Source: Takakia lepidozioides (taxonomy: Eukaryota; Plantae; Bryophyta). Taken from it: a stretch of DNA of 64,000 nt. The DNA is taken from the NCBI GenBank assembly GCA_030704615.1, contig CM060731.1:19468001-19532000 (forward strand), written 5' to 3'. This document shows positions 27,755 through 39,820 of the stretch, one piece after another. Position numbers and translations under genes: made by a program. Under the pieces are notes generated by a model. It did not search any database. It was given only the letters and a program-made list of their open reading frames with translations, and was not told the origin of the DNA. Position 1 is the first letter of the stretch, and the number at the start of each line of letters is the position of its first letter.

Positions 27755-28295
27755 TGAGACAGCCGCCATAGCCCCTAAAGCCCATCCTTCAGCTCTGTAC
27801 GCCCGCAATCAGTACGTCCGCTCTTGCCGCCCTCTCCAACGCTGATAAGCATATGCAAATTCCACCCCCTGCAGGGAGAAAGCATGACCCAGGTGGAAAA
27901 GCATGTAAGGATAGGGGAAGTTTCCAAAGAGCTTCTCACCTTCCTTTGAATTTTTAAATTTGAAAAGAAAAAGTAAAAGAAAAAAGCCCTTTTGATCTAA
28001 GTTAAAGGATTTAGAGCCTAATTGGTCATATCTTTGGCAAATGAACTCCGTTTGACACAGTTTTTGAGGGGATAGCTGCAGAAAGGGGAAATCTACCTAT
28101 CTAGACCTGGTTTTTGTTTTTGGGACTCTGCTAAAAATCTATGGAATTTTTAGAGTGTGAGTGTGCCATGAAAGATCCACATCCTGTTTCTAGAACCTGT
28201 TCTGGTCTATATGAGAGACAAAATCTGGGGATGTACTCCTTGTATGGCTGGGGGAAATGAGGACGTAATTGAAGGGCAGGTCTCTTCTTTAGCCT

Positions 28296-28990
28296 GTGCA
28301 CACAAGGGGACAGATTTATGTTTCCCAAGGAACTCAGACTGATTTGAGTGGAGAACAGTTGGACGAGTTGATTGCATACTGGGAGTCAGGCATTAGCAGT
28401 AGACAACAGACTGCTGTAGTTGGCGTTGAGGGCCTCAATATCGCCTTGGACAGTCAGAACTCTGTTGGAGCCAGCAGTTCTGCAGCTGTAGGTGAAATAC
28501 CAAAGTGGGTGAAAGCTAGGCTTGGAACACAGCCAAAGACAGCCCCGGGGACCAAGGTGTTCAGCCACAAGGCCGTGGTGTACTGGAGCAGAGGAGCAGG
28601 AGCTACACAAGTTTGTGCAATCAGACATGGTTGCAGCCGGATACGCTCTGCACAGGCAACCACGAGCGGGGGTTCATTAGCAATGACATGTTTGTTGTGC
28701 GTGAAGGAGATGCAGTCATTCGCAATGAGGACACCCGCAACCGTCTCAAAGCTTTCGAGTTGAGAGACTATCAGACCCTACCTTTGTTTTCTTTAGTGTT
28801 CAGTGAGCGGGAGATAGGGGAGTATTGCTTTGTCTCTACCTGGCAGAAAGAGGAGGAGGGTTGGTTAGAGCGAGCTACTGTAGCTTGGGACAAGGTTAGT
28901 GGCAGGTTTCTGGACATAGATATACCTCCTACACCTTACCATCATGCAGAGCGAGGCACTTTGAGAGAAGTCTGGCAGTTGATAGCATAG
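28296..28990 (+). CDS. Extra ORF (~230 aa, one frameshift near 28600) upstream of gag, function unknown
   Basis: Overlapping ORFs 28296-28763 and 28613-28990 join into one protein-like sequence on the same strand as gag-pol. Confidence 0.45.
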
Positions 28991-31900
28991 ATCAGGATTA
29001 GATCTTGCTTGGTCGGGCTTCTATTCTTCCCCTCCATCTCTGTACTATTTTCATTACCTTGTACTTGTAGTTGCCAAAGCCTCTCTTGGTGGAGGCCAGT
29101 CAGTCCGGGGTTTTGGGCTGGGATATTCTGCAGGATCAGCATTGCAGCTGGATTTTGGTGTGGGGGTGTTGATGTTTTGATTTCTTGTGTTTGGATCCCC
29201 CCAACACCTGCATGCTTGACTGTGCGCCATGTTGGTTTTGTGTGGGCGCTTGCTTTCATAGGGATTAGGCCGGATTTGATCACCGGTCAATCCTAGAGTA
29301 TGCTGTCGGTGGTGAGGCTGGAGTGATGACCAGCAAGACCACCAGTGTTTCTTCTATGGTGAGGCTGGGTTGATGACCAGCCAACCATAGGAGTTCTTGC
29401 GGTGGATGCAGGTGCAGGTGCCCTGAGCCATTGGGATATGACCCTTAAACTGCAACAGGTGCCCACCCGTGTCACTATTAGATTAGTACTAGAGCCTTAT
29501 AGTGTCACGTGGAGGAGGTGCACATTGTGAGTGTCATTACGGAGTTACCCAAGGGTTTTGAGGGGAGTACGGCTACAGGCAGTAACAGTGAGAGTGGGTT
29601 CACAAGACGAGGTATTCGGTTCAGACCACCTTCACCGCCACCCTCAATTACTGTAGAGTCAGACACAGACTCGGAGGCTTCATCAACAGGTGTGCACTTT
29701 CATTCGCCATTGTTGTGGGACGACATGGAGGAGATGTATGGAGCTACCAAGGGGCCTCGTAGGTACTCTGGAGCTGTGGGCACAATCGAGTTGGATGACT
29801 TTATCCAGGAGTTCGACAGCTGGTGTGATTTGCAGCAGATGCGCAATCCACAGCTATTCACCCCATTCATGGCGTGGAAGGGACTGTTCCAGCATTTGGA
29901 AGGCCCGCTATGGACGATTACCACGAGTTCAGGCGAGGACATGAAGCAGAGATTGAGGAGTGGAGGATGTATTGGTCACCTGACTACGTCTCCATTACTC
30001 GAGGCACGACGCGACCAGTAGCTGCATCAGTACCAATAGCTCCCACTGCCAGCACTAGTAGTGGAGCAAGTAGTGCTGGTACTTCTGCAGGTGGTACCAG
30101 TTCAAAAGGTGCTACTACTCCTCCTGCCACGACTACAACACATGTGCCTAGATTCAACCCGGTGGTGGAGTTCTTCCAGGAGTTGCGGAGGAACTACCAA
30201 GGTGTACGTGCGAAGTTTGCAAGACTTCCAGCGCAAACCCAGTGAGAGCCTGCGAGAGGCGTACACTCGTATGAGGCGCTTGATAAGTGTGACCCAAGGG
30301 GTTACTGAAGCTCAGGCAATCCAGTTTTGGTATGGAATTCTGGACAAGGAGCTCAAGAGAAGGGTGCGAGATGCAACCCTGTTACAAGCAGCCCAACCCA
30401 CATTAGCAGATGTGTTTCTGCTGGCTGAGCGGATTGAGCTCAACATGGTGGAGGAGCGAGTTGTTACAATTGGATTTGGCAAGGACATGCCTGCACGGGG
30501 CACAGCTGTCAGCCCACAGGCACAAGGGACTGCCCAACAGCGTGGTCAGGGGGGCAAGGTTTCCCAACCCAAGTTCCATGGAGCTTACAGGGGACCTCAG
30601 GTGCAGAGGCCCGTGGCATCTTTTGCAGGCCAACAGCAACCAGGGGTGATATGTTGGACATGTGGAGGACCCCATGTCAAGAGAGATTGCCCAGAGAGTG
30701 GCAAAAGGCCGGCACAAGCACAGCCTGCACAGTTGCAGTGTGGGCATTGTGGCAAGTATGGGCATGGAGATGCCCAGTGTTATGACTTGCATCCTGAGTT
30801 GCGCCCAGGCCAGTTCCAAGGGAACAATGGTGGCCGGGGGCGAGGTGGACCAGCCCAGAGAGGACGAGGTGGTCGGGCACGAGGTGCAGGCCAAGGGCAA
30901 GCTCAACATGGCCAAGGACGCGGAGGTCAGGGTGTTGACCAAGGCATGGCCAACCGGCTTCAGCAGCTAGAGCAGAGGCTCGCTGCCATGGCTATAGCTC
31001 AGGCGGTACCGGCTCCCAGGCGGGATGGTCCACCTCCTGCTCCTGAGGGAGGAGATATGGGAGGCATGGGATTCATGTGCGGAGCAGCACTACCACTAGA
31101 GCAGGTGGAGTCTGCTGCAGCCGTGACTCGAGGAGCAGCACGAGTTCCTGAGCCACGAGGTGCAGAGGTGGAGTTGGATCCACAACGTGGGGAGGCAAGC
31201 CGTCAGGCGAGGCTTCCTCAGTCATTCACATTGGCGGAGACAGTGTCAACGCCATCCATGGCACCTAGTTCTCGCCCGACTGTTACCGAGGCGGAGGTTA
31301 CTATGCCATTGGGAGAGCTACACGTGCAGCACTGACACCTGCTACCAAGGCTAGTGCAGCCGGTGTGTTATTGGGGGCAGCCACCTCTGTGTGTCAAGCC
31401 CCACTGTTCTCGGCAACCATGATTGCGACGCCGGGGTAGACCAGCTGCAGTGTTCAGACTAGCAGCAACACTCTGTGAGAGTGGGGAGGTCACTTCATCT
31501 TCTGCGGAGTTAGTGGAAGGTGTAGTGGCAGAGGGATCCTCGATTTGAGGGTCAAGACTGCCACGGCTGCGCCATGGCAAGCTGCAGCTGCCAGGTTGAC
31601 GGAGCTGCCAGCTAGGCCAGCCTTTGAGCGCGCCATGGTGACACCTGGAGTTGTCTTGTTAGACAACCAGGGAGGCATTTTCACTTTGAGTGGACCGGCA
31701 GGCAAGAAGTACCGGCCACTGCGGGTCTTGTTGGACTCGGAGCTCAGCCACTGATGTTGGGCAGAGCTGCTATTGCAGGTTTGGGCCTCATGGAGGCGGA
31801 TATGGAGCCTTGTCCTTTCCAGATACAGACATCTCTGGGAGGATCAGAGCAGGCTCGGGCATGACACGGCATCAGTTGGCCATTAGACTGCAGCCGGATC

Positions 31901-32439
31901 ATCCTAAGATGGCTCAGTGATGCGAGCCAAGGCCATTGTGACAGACGCGGTCTCTTACGATGTCCTCGTTGGTGGGGCAGTGTTATACCCATGGGCTTCA
32001 CCCTGGACTTTTGGGAGGAGTCAGCATCCTACAGGCCTGGATGGCAGTCAGGGGATGGTCGCCGTGCACAGCTCCCTGTGACATTCATTGGGGGTATTGC
32101 GGCTGCCCAGCGGGGCAAGATGCCAACACTAGCCGCCTTTACAGCTGCAGTTAGTTGGCCTGGAGAGTTGCTGGAAGGCAATGCCCATGCAGAGGATGTG
32201 CCACCTCCAGCAGAGCAGGATGACATGCATGGTATGGCGGAGTTGCCTGCCATGGTTGCTCACACTCCATTGTGGGGTACAGCAAGGATTTGCAGCAGGT
32301 TGCTGATCGACGGGTGCAACAAGCCTGGGTAGAGGCTTTTGTACCGTCAGGAGAGGAGGAGAGTGCGGGTATTGCACCAGGACCACCTCAGTTGTCACCA
32401 TTGGATACCACACCTATTGTGTGGCAGTATCCGGATGAA

Positions 32440-33375
32440 GGCATTTGCCTTCTGGACTTGTTTGGCGGGATCAGCACCGGATTGGCTGCTGTGCTACAGG
32501 CAGGTGTGCGGTAAGGCGTTACCTGTATGTGGAGAGGGATGAGACTGCACGACGCGTCTCACTGCGCCATGTGGCTCAGTTGGTACAGCAGTACCCTGAC
32601 TTGTTGCCAGTGTCTGCAGTTCGTGGATACCAACAAGCCTTGCCAGCAGACATTTCTTGTTGGGGGCGCAGATTTGGAGCAGGTTGGCTCCATTGATCTG
32701 GTAGTGGCAGGTTGGCCCTGCCAAGGGCATTCATCAGCGGGCATGGCAATGGATTGCGAGACTCGAGGACGGGTCTGTTTTGGGAGATGGTGCGGGTTTT
32801 GCGCCACTTGCAGCTTCATCAAGCTGTATCTCCAGCATACATCTTGGAGAATGTGCCACTGATGGGTGATTCTCGGGCCAGGGTGATGGCCAGTGTGCAT
32901 CAAGTCCGGTCGTGGCTTGGGTCAGCAGTGTGCTGGATGCAGCTGCAGTGGGGTCACGGGCTCATCGTCCACGGCTTTGGTGGACTAACTTGATGCCACC
33001 CGCACTGCTCAAGCGTGCATTTGATGGGGTGCAGCGGCCAGCACACCTCACCGTGGATGGCATTTTGGACACAGGGAGGCAGTCTCAACGTGTGAGACAC
33101 GATGACCGTTCGCCTTTGGCAGTGGTCAACAGGGTGGGTCAACCACGAGCAGCATTACCTACACTGCTCAGCTTCCCAGGATCCCATGCTTTTCGGGATG
33201 GTGGACCTGGGCCTCTTGTGGGATGCTCAGTTGCAACAGTTAGTGGAGCCTAATGCCGACGAGCGAGCGGGCTATGGGTTTTCCACTGGGACCACGGCGG
33301 TGCCTTCTCTTTCTGAGGCATCACGTCGTCAGGTGTTGGGGCAAGCAATGGATCTCAATTGCTTGACCTGGATTA
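32440..33375 (+). CDS. C5 cytosine DNA methyltransferase domain embedded in the retrotransposon pol
   Basis: Motifs in order across small frameshifts: I LLDLFGGISTG, II YVERD, III ADI, IV DLVVAGWPCQGHS (catalytic PC 32716-32721), V LRDSRTGLF, VI YILENV, VIII AHRPRLWWTN, IX-like EPNADER and X-like RQVLGQAM. Confidence 0.92.
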
Positions 33376-36300
33376 TCAGCTTGGCTATGGCTGAGCAACG
33401 TAGAGTGCGGAGTGCACTTCCCTTGATGGTCTCTCTGCCTACCGAGACGGTACAGGCAGCGAGTGGGGGCGAGCCGGTGAGGACCACGGGGTGTAGACAT
33501 CCATGGCACACGTGGGAGGTGCTCGAGGTTCAGAGGGAGTTGGCAGCCAAGGCAGCTGTGATGGATGAGGTTGGGGATTCTTCTCGGATGAGGAGGTTCT
33601 CAATGATGAGATGATGGGCAGGATGAGGCCTTGTCATTGACTGAGCAGGAGGGAGTACTGCTCAAGAGGTTTAGCATAGCAACCACGGGACGCGTCCTCT
33701 ACCTCTAAGCCCACTGGACTTAAGGTTGCAGTTACGGAGGACAATTGGGAGCCTGACATTGGACCCATTGTCACCGGAGGAGAGAGACGACGTATACGGC
33801 GGTTCCTGAGGGCTTACAGGAATTGCTTTGCCTTCAGTTTGAAGGACTTGGGAGCACTGATAAGGGTCAAGAGATCCGTATTGAGTTGGCCACTGACACG
33901 CCAATTTCGGAGACCCTATAGATACAGTGACATGGAGAGGTCTTTGATTCAGATGAGGACTCAAGATCTCTGGGAGGCAGGTTTGGTGGAGCTCTCTGGT
34001 GGAGAGTATGCTTCAGCCACAGTGATGCCAGCCAAGAAGGATGTCTATGGCAATTGGACGGAGAGACGTATGTGCGGTGATTACCGGCCTGTAAATCGTC
34101 AGACCAAGTCCGATAGGTATGCCATGCCGACACCAGAGGAGATCTTTGATGCCATTGGGCATTCCAAGGTCTTTAGCACGTTGGATTTACGATCGGATAT
34201 CACCAGTTGCCGATCAAGGAGGCGGATAAGCAAAAAGACGGCATTCTGGGGGATCAATGAGCACGGGAAGGATTGCCTATACCAGTGGCGGTTCTTACCA
34301 TTTGGGCTTAAAAACGCTCCCGCTGAGTTTCAAAGAGTCATGGACAGGATTCTAGCAGGGGTGGAGTTTGCTGGTGCTACATAGATGACATCATCATCTT
34401 TAGTGCTACGGTGGAGGAGCATGAGAGACACCTTCAGGGGGTTTGAGCGCTTGAGGGGCGCACGGATTGAAGTTACATCCGGGAAAGTGCAAGTTTTTCC
34501 ACAACCAGATTGAGTATCTGGGTCACATGATATATCCTGGAGGATGGGGGTACAGCAGACTAAGGTAGAGTCCATTGCACAGGTTCCACGCCCCACGGAT
34601 GTGAGCCGAGTTCGAGCTTTCATGGGGTTAGCAAACTATTACAGACGGTTTGTTAAGGGATTTAGTGCCATTGCAAAGGCTCTAACCAAGCTGACCAAGG
34701 TGGACCAGGAGTGGCAGTGGGAAGATGAGCAAGAACAAGCTTTTCAAGAGCTCAAGGCGAGGTTGACCTCGGCGCCCATCTTGAGACGACCTATCAGGGG
34801 GCGTCCTTTTCAGCTGCATACAGATTGGAGCATGCTGGGGCTTGGAGCGGTGCTCACACAGGTGGATGATTCGTAGTGGCTTATGCTAGCCGCTCGAACA
34901 ACATGCAGAGTCTAAGTATAGCTCATATGAGGGAGAATGCTTAGCTGCAGTGTGGGCCGTGGCACACTTCAGGTGCTATCTATACGGCAATCTCTTCACC
35001 CTTGTCACGGATCACCAACCACTCAAGTGGTTGATGGAGTCAGACAAGCTTACGGGGAAGCTTGCACGGTGGGCACTCATCCTTCAAGAGTATGACTTTC
35101 AGGTGGTGCATCGACCGGGTTTGGTCAATCGCAATGCAGATGGGTTGAGTCGCAATCCATGCACGAGCCAACAGGATGACACTGGAGCTCGGTGGCATGG
35201 TGAGACGGACGAGGAGATGGTGCCGGATGGCATGCATCTGCATTTCTGTGTATCTTGGCAAGGGAAGCCAGGTTGGACCTGCAACAGGGATGACTGTAGA
35301 TCAAGTGTCTGAGGACCCTGAGCCAGCAATGAGCAAGGTGGCGCCAAAGATATACATGAGGATTCAGTTGTGTTGGACTACCTCCGCACTGGAGACATGG
35401 CAGCCTGTGACTGCCAAGGAGAGGGATCGGATCCTACAACGAGCCAAGAGGTTCAAGTGGGAGGGGACACACCTGCTCCGAGTGGGAGGATGTCGAGTGA
35501 GGATTGTGCCTCACCCAACACAGCGGGCACGGTTAGTGCGGCATGCCCATGAGGAGTTGGGGCATTTTGGGGTGCGACGCACTCATAGTCTACTGCAGGG
35601 GCAGTATTGGTGGCGTGGTATGCACACAGAGGTGCAACAATTTGTGGCTAGGTGCATGGTGTGTGACAGGGTGCGTGCTTCATTCAACGCCCCTACTCCA
35701 CAATTGCACCCTCTTCCGATCATGGGATTGGGCTACAGGTGGAGTCTTGACTTCGCAGGGCCGTTGCCACTGACCATGCGCCACAACAAGTACGTGTTGG
35801 TGATGGTGGAGCACTTCTCCAAGTGGATTGAATTGGTTCCATTGCCTGATAAGGCTAGTGAGGGAGCTGCGTATGCATTCCTGGATTGTGTGCTTAGCCG
35901 ATTCGGTGCTCCAGCTGAGGGTACTCACGGACCAAGGGAGAGAGAGTTCTTGGGGAAGTTTCAGGCTTTGTGTGACAAGGCCTTGATAGACCACCGCACC
36001 ACTTCTCGGGATCATCTGAGGCCGATGGCTTGGCAGAGAGAGTTGTTCAGACAGTAAAGAGGGGTTTGCCAAGTATGGCTTGCAGAAGGGACACCTAGGA
36101 GATTGGGACCTTCAGTTACCCTGGTTAGCCATGGCTACAGGTTCAGCAAGCAAGCATCACTTGCCTCCTTCTCACCATACTTTCTTCTCTTTGGCCGAGA
36201 GCCGGATTTGCCTACATCCATTCGCAGAGAAGCTGCTACAGTTCTTAACCTTGACGATCCGGACGTGTGGGCACGTGCATGTGAGCAGCGTGCAGAGTTG

Positions 36301-36643
36301 TTCAAGAGAGTCATGCCCATGGCTTTCGAGAACCTTGCCATTGCACAACACCGTGATACGTTGAGGTATGCTACCATACGTGGTGGGGGCTATCGTCCTG
36401 GGGTTCGGGAGATTCAACCCTGGTGACTATGTCTATCTGCAGCAGACTGCTCCTACGACCCTGGATGTGACTGCAGAACGTGTTATTTGAGGGTTCGAGA
36501 GTCTTGCCCTCAGGCGTCTTGGTCTTGGAGGGTCGGGATGGCATAACTTGGAAGGACCATGTGCGTAATTGTGTACCATGTCACCTTCCGAATGTCGATG
36601 GCAGGATTGACCCAAACCTGGCAGTGGTATCTGCAGTTTGAGG

Positions 36644-36787
36644 TGCATGTTGTGTGGGTCTGTTAAAGGGGCAGCCACCATGCTGGTGTGCGATCGATGC
36701 TCTAGAGGTTGGCATATGGGATGCTTGACTCCACCTCTTGAGATGGTTCCAGATGGGGATTGGTTATGTCCACATTGCATTGGATAG
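36644..36787 (+). CDS. PHD finger at the integrase C-terminus
   Basis: CMLCGSVKGAATMLVCDRCSRGWHMGCLTPPLEMVPDGDWLCPHC is an intact C4HC3 PHD, followed by IG and TAG. Confidence 0.92.
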   Translation, partial: CMLCGSVKGAATMLVCDRCSRGWHMGCLTPPLEMVPDGDWLCPHCIG

Positions 36788-37032
36788 TGGGAGTGGATAC
36801 AACCATGGAAGGCTAAAAACGCAAGGCCCAGCTACTAGGAGACCTTGAACACACGAGATCCTGGCTCAAGTTCACAGATTGCAAGACGGCGACTAACGAT
36901 GGGGCTACTCTTGTACCCGGCCCCTTGGTCTATAGAGTTTGAGTACAATAGGGACAGTGATAGAGGACTTAGTACGGCTGTGGATATTACATCTTGTAGC
37001 TATCTGGAGGTAGAGGGACCTATCCACCAGCT

Positions 37033-37100
37033 AGGGGGGCGATTGTGGACTACTTTATTGTGCATATATGTGTGGTGTGGTTTGGACAGCGATGTAGTTG
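37033..37100 (+). other. Polypurine tract and start of the 3' LTR of the DNMT-Gypsy element (interrupted at ~37101)
   Basis: AGGGGGGCGA followed by t-TGTGGAC at 37044; an unrelated TGTAGCG-starting LTR-like sequence begins at 37101. Confidence 0.6.
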
Positions 37101-39268
37101 TGTAGCGATATGTATGCGCACGACAAGCTAAAGGTAAGAATACCCCCCTTTAAGGGAATTTGCAGACGCGTTGCCCGTTGGGTAAAACGCCCCGCCCGCG
37201 TGGCAGGGCGCAGATCTGCGCGTAGCGGTCCAAGTCGTGGACCGCTGCGGTTAACGCCAGCGTCCGCCGGTCCGTCTCAACTTTTGGTTATCCAGCGGGT
37301 AAAGATCCGCACCCTGCTCGCATGCTTCAGGGCCATACGCCTGAGCCACACGGCTGACGTACTTGATCTCAGTACGACTGAAGGTCAGCGCTGGAGCCCC
37401 GCTCCCGTATGTCGTGGCTGGGCCACGGCTGCCTCCACGCTTTTAGTAATCGAGTCCCTACTCTCTAGGCGTAGCACCCGGGCTCCTCCCGGGCTGCTCG
37501 CGACTTTGGGGCAGCTGTTGTCTAGCGAAATTAGCCCGCCCAAATCCCAAGACAAAAAAAATACAACCCACCCTCCCCTAGGCCTCCATGGCTTGCTAGG
37601 GGGGGGGGGGGGGGGGGGGAAATTAGCACATAGTGGCCTTATAGTGGCCTTATATCATAGATCCAGCCTACTGGCCTGCCTCTGCCAGAGCTGGCTATAT
37701 TTCAAATTAGTAATCAAACACAAAGATTCTTTCTTCCAACAATGCAAATACAAACCTCTATTGGTGCCCTTCCCAATAGACTATGGGGTTCTTCCCCTTG
37801 TCACTTCTAGACATGAAAATAGTGGGATTCCACAATGCACTCTCATCTTTTGAAGAGCCTAAATCAGATTTTCAACTTCAAGCTTTGCTTGGAAAATAAA
37901 TGAATCACATACACAAATGGTGAAATGGTAAGATAGGACCAACCTTTCTATGCGAGAGTGCTTGGGATGCTCTATCGACTCAAGTAATGGTACTCTATGC
38001 GGCCTCCACTTGGGCTCTCATCCATAAGTCCATACTAGCCCCTCCTACTCGTCCTCAAGTCACTTTCCTCCACATGAAATTGCCCTCTTCCTTCACAAAT
38101 GAAATGGCTCGAAGGCCCACAAGCTAGGCCACTTGCCTCAGCTTACAAGAATCCTACCTAACTAGGGAGCTTTAAGCTCCACTCCCTAGGATCTAGCCCC
38201 TCCTTAAGCCAAAAAACTATCAAGCACTACAACAACAAGCAAGAGGAAACTAAACAAATGAGCTAGATGAAGAATAAGAGACGCCTTGCCCCTCTTTTAT
38301 ACTGTTGTTGGGCCTAATAGACTAATGGAAAATATTCATTAAACTATTGTTTCCTTGGAGGATCTATAATATAATATTCAACATGGATGAAAAATCGTAG
38401 AGGCAAATGAAAGCTGGCTTTTCATCCATCCAATTGGATGATCAGTTGGCGTGAGTTGTCATTTCATCCATCCAGCTCCTCAAGGCGAATTCCAGGATTA
38501 TCCAAGAAGTAGAAATGCAAATAATAGGCCTTGTGAGTGCCGTTGACTCAATAATTCGGCCCCGCTGCTAATCAGCTCCATAAATCACCAAACTTGGTGA
38601 CAAACTATAATTATATATCCCGTATCAGCCTGTAAATTCTCAGCTCCATCGGTGGTAAAAAATTGCACTTCTCGCCATTCGTCGTATTTTCGCTACAGAC
38701 ATATTTGTGGGTTTTTTGGAAATCAAATCCGTGGTGATGGCTCCGGGGTCTTTGACCCTGCCGCTGAGTCATAGGTTGTCCGGAGTCCCATCCAGTTGTC
38801 CCGCACCGCTAACAAATCCACGCTTAGCCGTTTGAAGTCGTCCTGACCTTTTGTCATTTCGATGCGGCCAATTGCTTTGTTGCGATATTTCATCGCTATA
38901 CATGTCGCTTCCACCAAGTGCCAAGCTCCTAGCTGTGTGTTCCTACTGGACTTGAAAAGCGGGAGAAAAGAGAGATCTCAATCTGGGACTGGAACAGTCG
39001 ACCTGTATTGTTTGGACAGGATTAAACTTGTCGTTTCTGGTACCGAATTGGCAGCCTAATCTGCTGTCGATGCAGCTTCCTACGGTCATCTTGACGCCAA
39101 AGTTCCACCCCATGGTCGTCGCAGACACTGTCTAATTTCCTACGTGCTTTACCAACAATTTCCAGACAACTAACAAACTAACCTGTTTTGGAAGTACAAT
39201 GCCAAAACCGCTTGTCTTATGATCAAAAATGATATGAAAAGAAAAGTGTACCAATATATGCATCTACA

Positions 39269-39820
39269 CTTGGAAGCTCATTGTTAAAGATGGGCCAACT
39301 CAGTTCAAACCCCACCAGTAGGTGCTGCAGGTATCCCCCTTTATTTTAGTTCTCTATATTTCTGGGGTCACCCAAACCATCATCTCTACTTATGGTTTTA
39401 GGGCTCACATTGAGCTTTCAGGTTGCCAATCTCTGGTAGCTCCTGACACCATTGCTCTCCCATGTGCCTCAGTGAGCCCAGCCCGCATTTGTCACTGGTC
39501 CACCCTTGAAAAACTTTTCAACCCCACTGCATCCTGAGGGGCTTCCGTTCTTGCATGGCTGGCAAAAGGAACTTTCGCCCTCATTCGCTTCTCCAACATC
39601 ACATCTTTACATCTTGACCCGACAGAATGGAAATGGAAGTTCGGGGATGACTTCCACCCCCTCTTTGCTTACTCAGCCAAGAGAGGCTACAGGGCACTAC
39701 TCGGGGCAAACCCCCTTAATACCAAATGGGAAGATAAGTGGAGTCACAAAAATTTCAGGGAGGAAAATTGGAAAGACATTTGGTCTCCAATATGGGAAAA
39801 AGCTAAACCAGCTAAGATTA
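39269..39820 (+). mobile_element. Continuation of the L1-type LINE begun at 22690
   Basis: WKLIVKDGP..SPARICHWSTLEK..DPTEWKWKF..KWEDKW..ENWKDIW is colinear with the LINE copy at 56300-56900. Confidence 0.8.

Larger units (their letters stand above)
29509..36787 (+). mobile_element. Ty3/Gypsy LTR retrotransposon gag-pol (GAG-PR-DNMT-RT-RH-INT-PHD), frameshifted
   Basis: Gag with two Zn knuckles (CWTCGGPHVKRDC, CGHCGKYGHGDAQC); protease RVLLDSG ~31725; RT RMCGDYRPVN, FSTLDL, LPFGLKNAPAEFQR, YIDD ~34378; RNase H LHTDWS, TDHQPL; integrase HHCC, SLDFAGP and AERVV. RT-RH-INT order indicates Gypsy. Confidence 0.95.

Noticed and set aside
37098-37853. 251-aa ORF
   Set aside because: It is GC-rich LTR-like sequence crossing a poly-G run, with no protein motif.
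37101-38697. Solo LTR defined by TGTAGCGA...TCGCTACA
   Set aside because: The 8-bp inverted ends are present but the flanks (agttg vs gacat) give no TSD; the boundary is unresolved.
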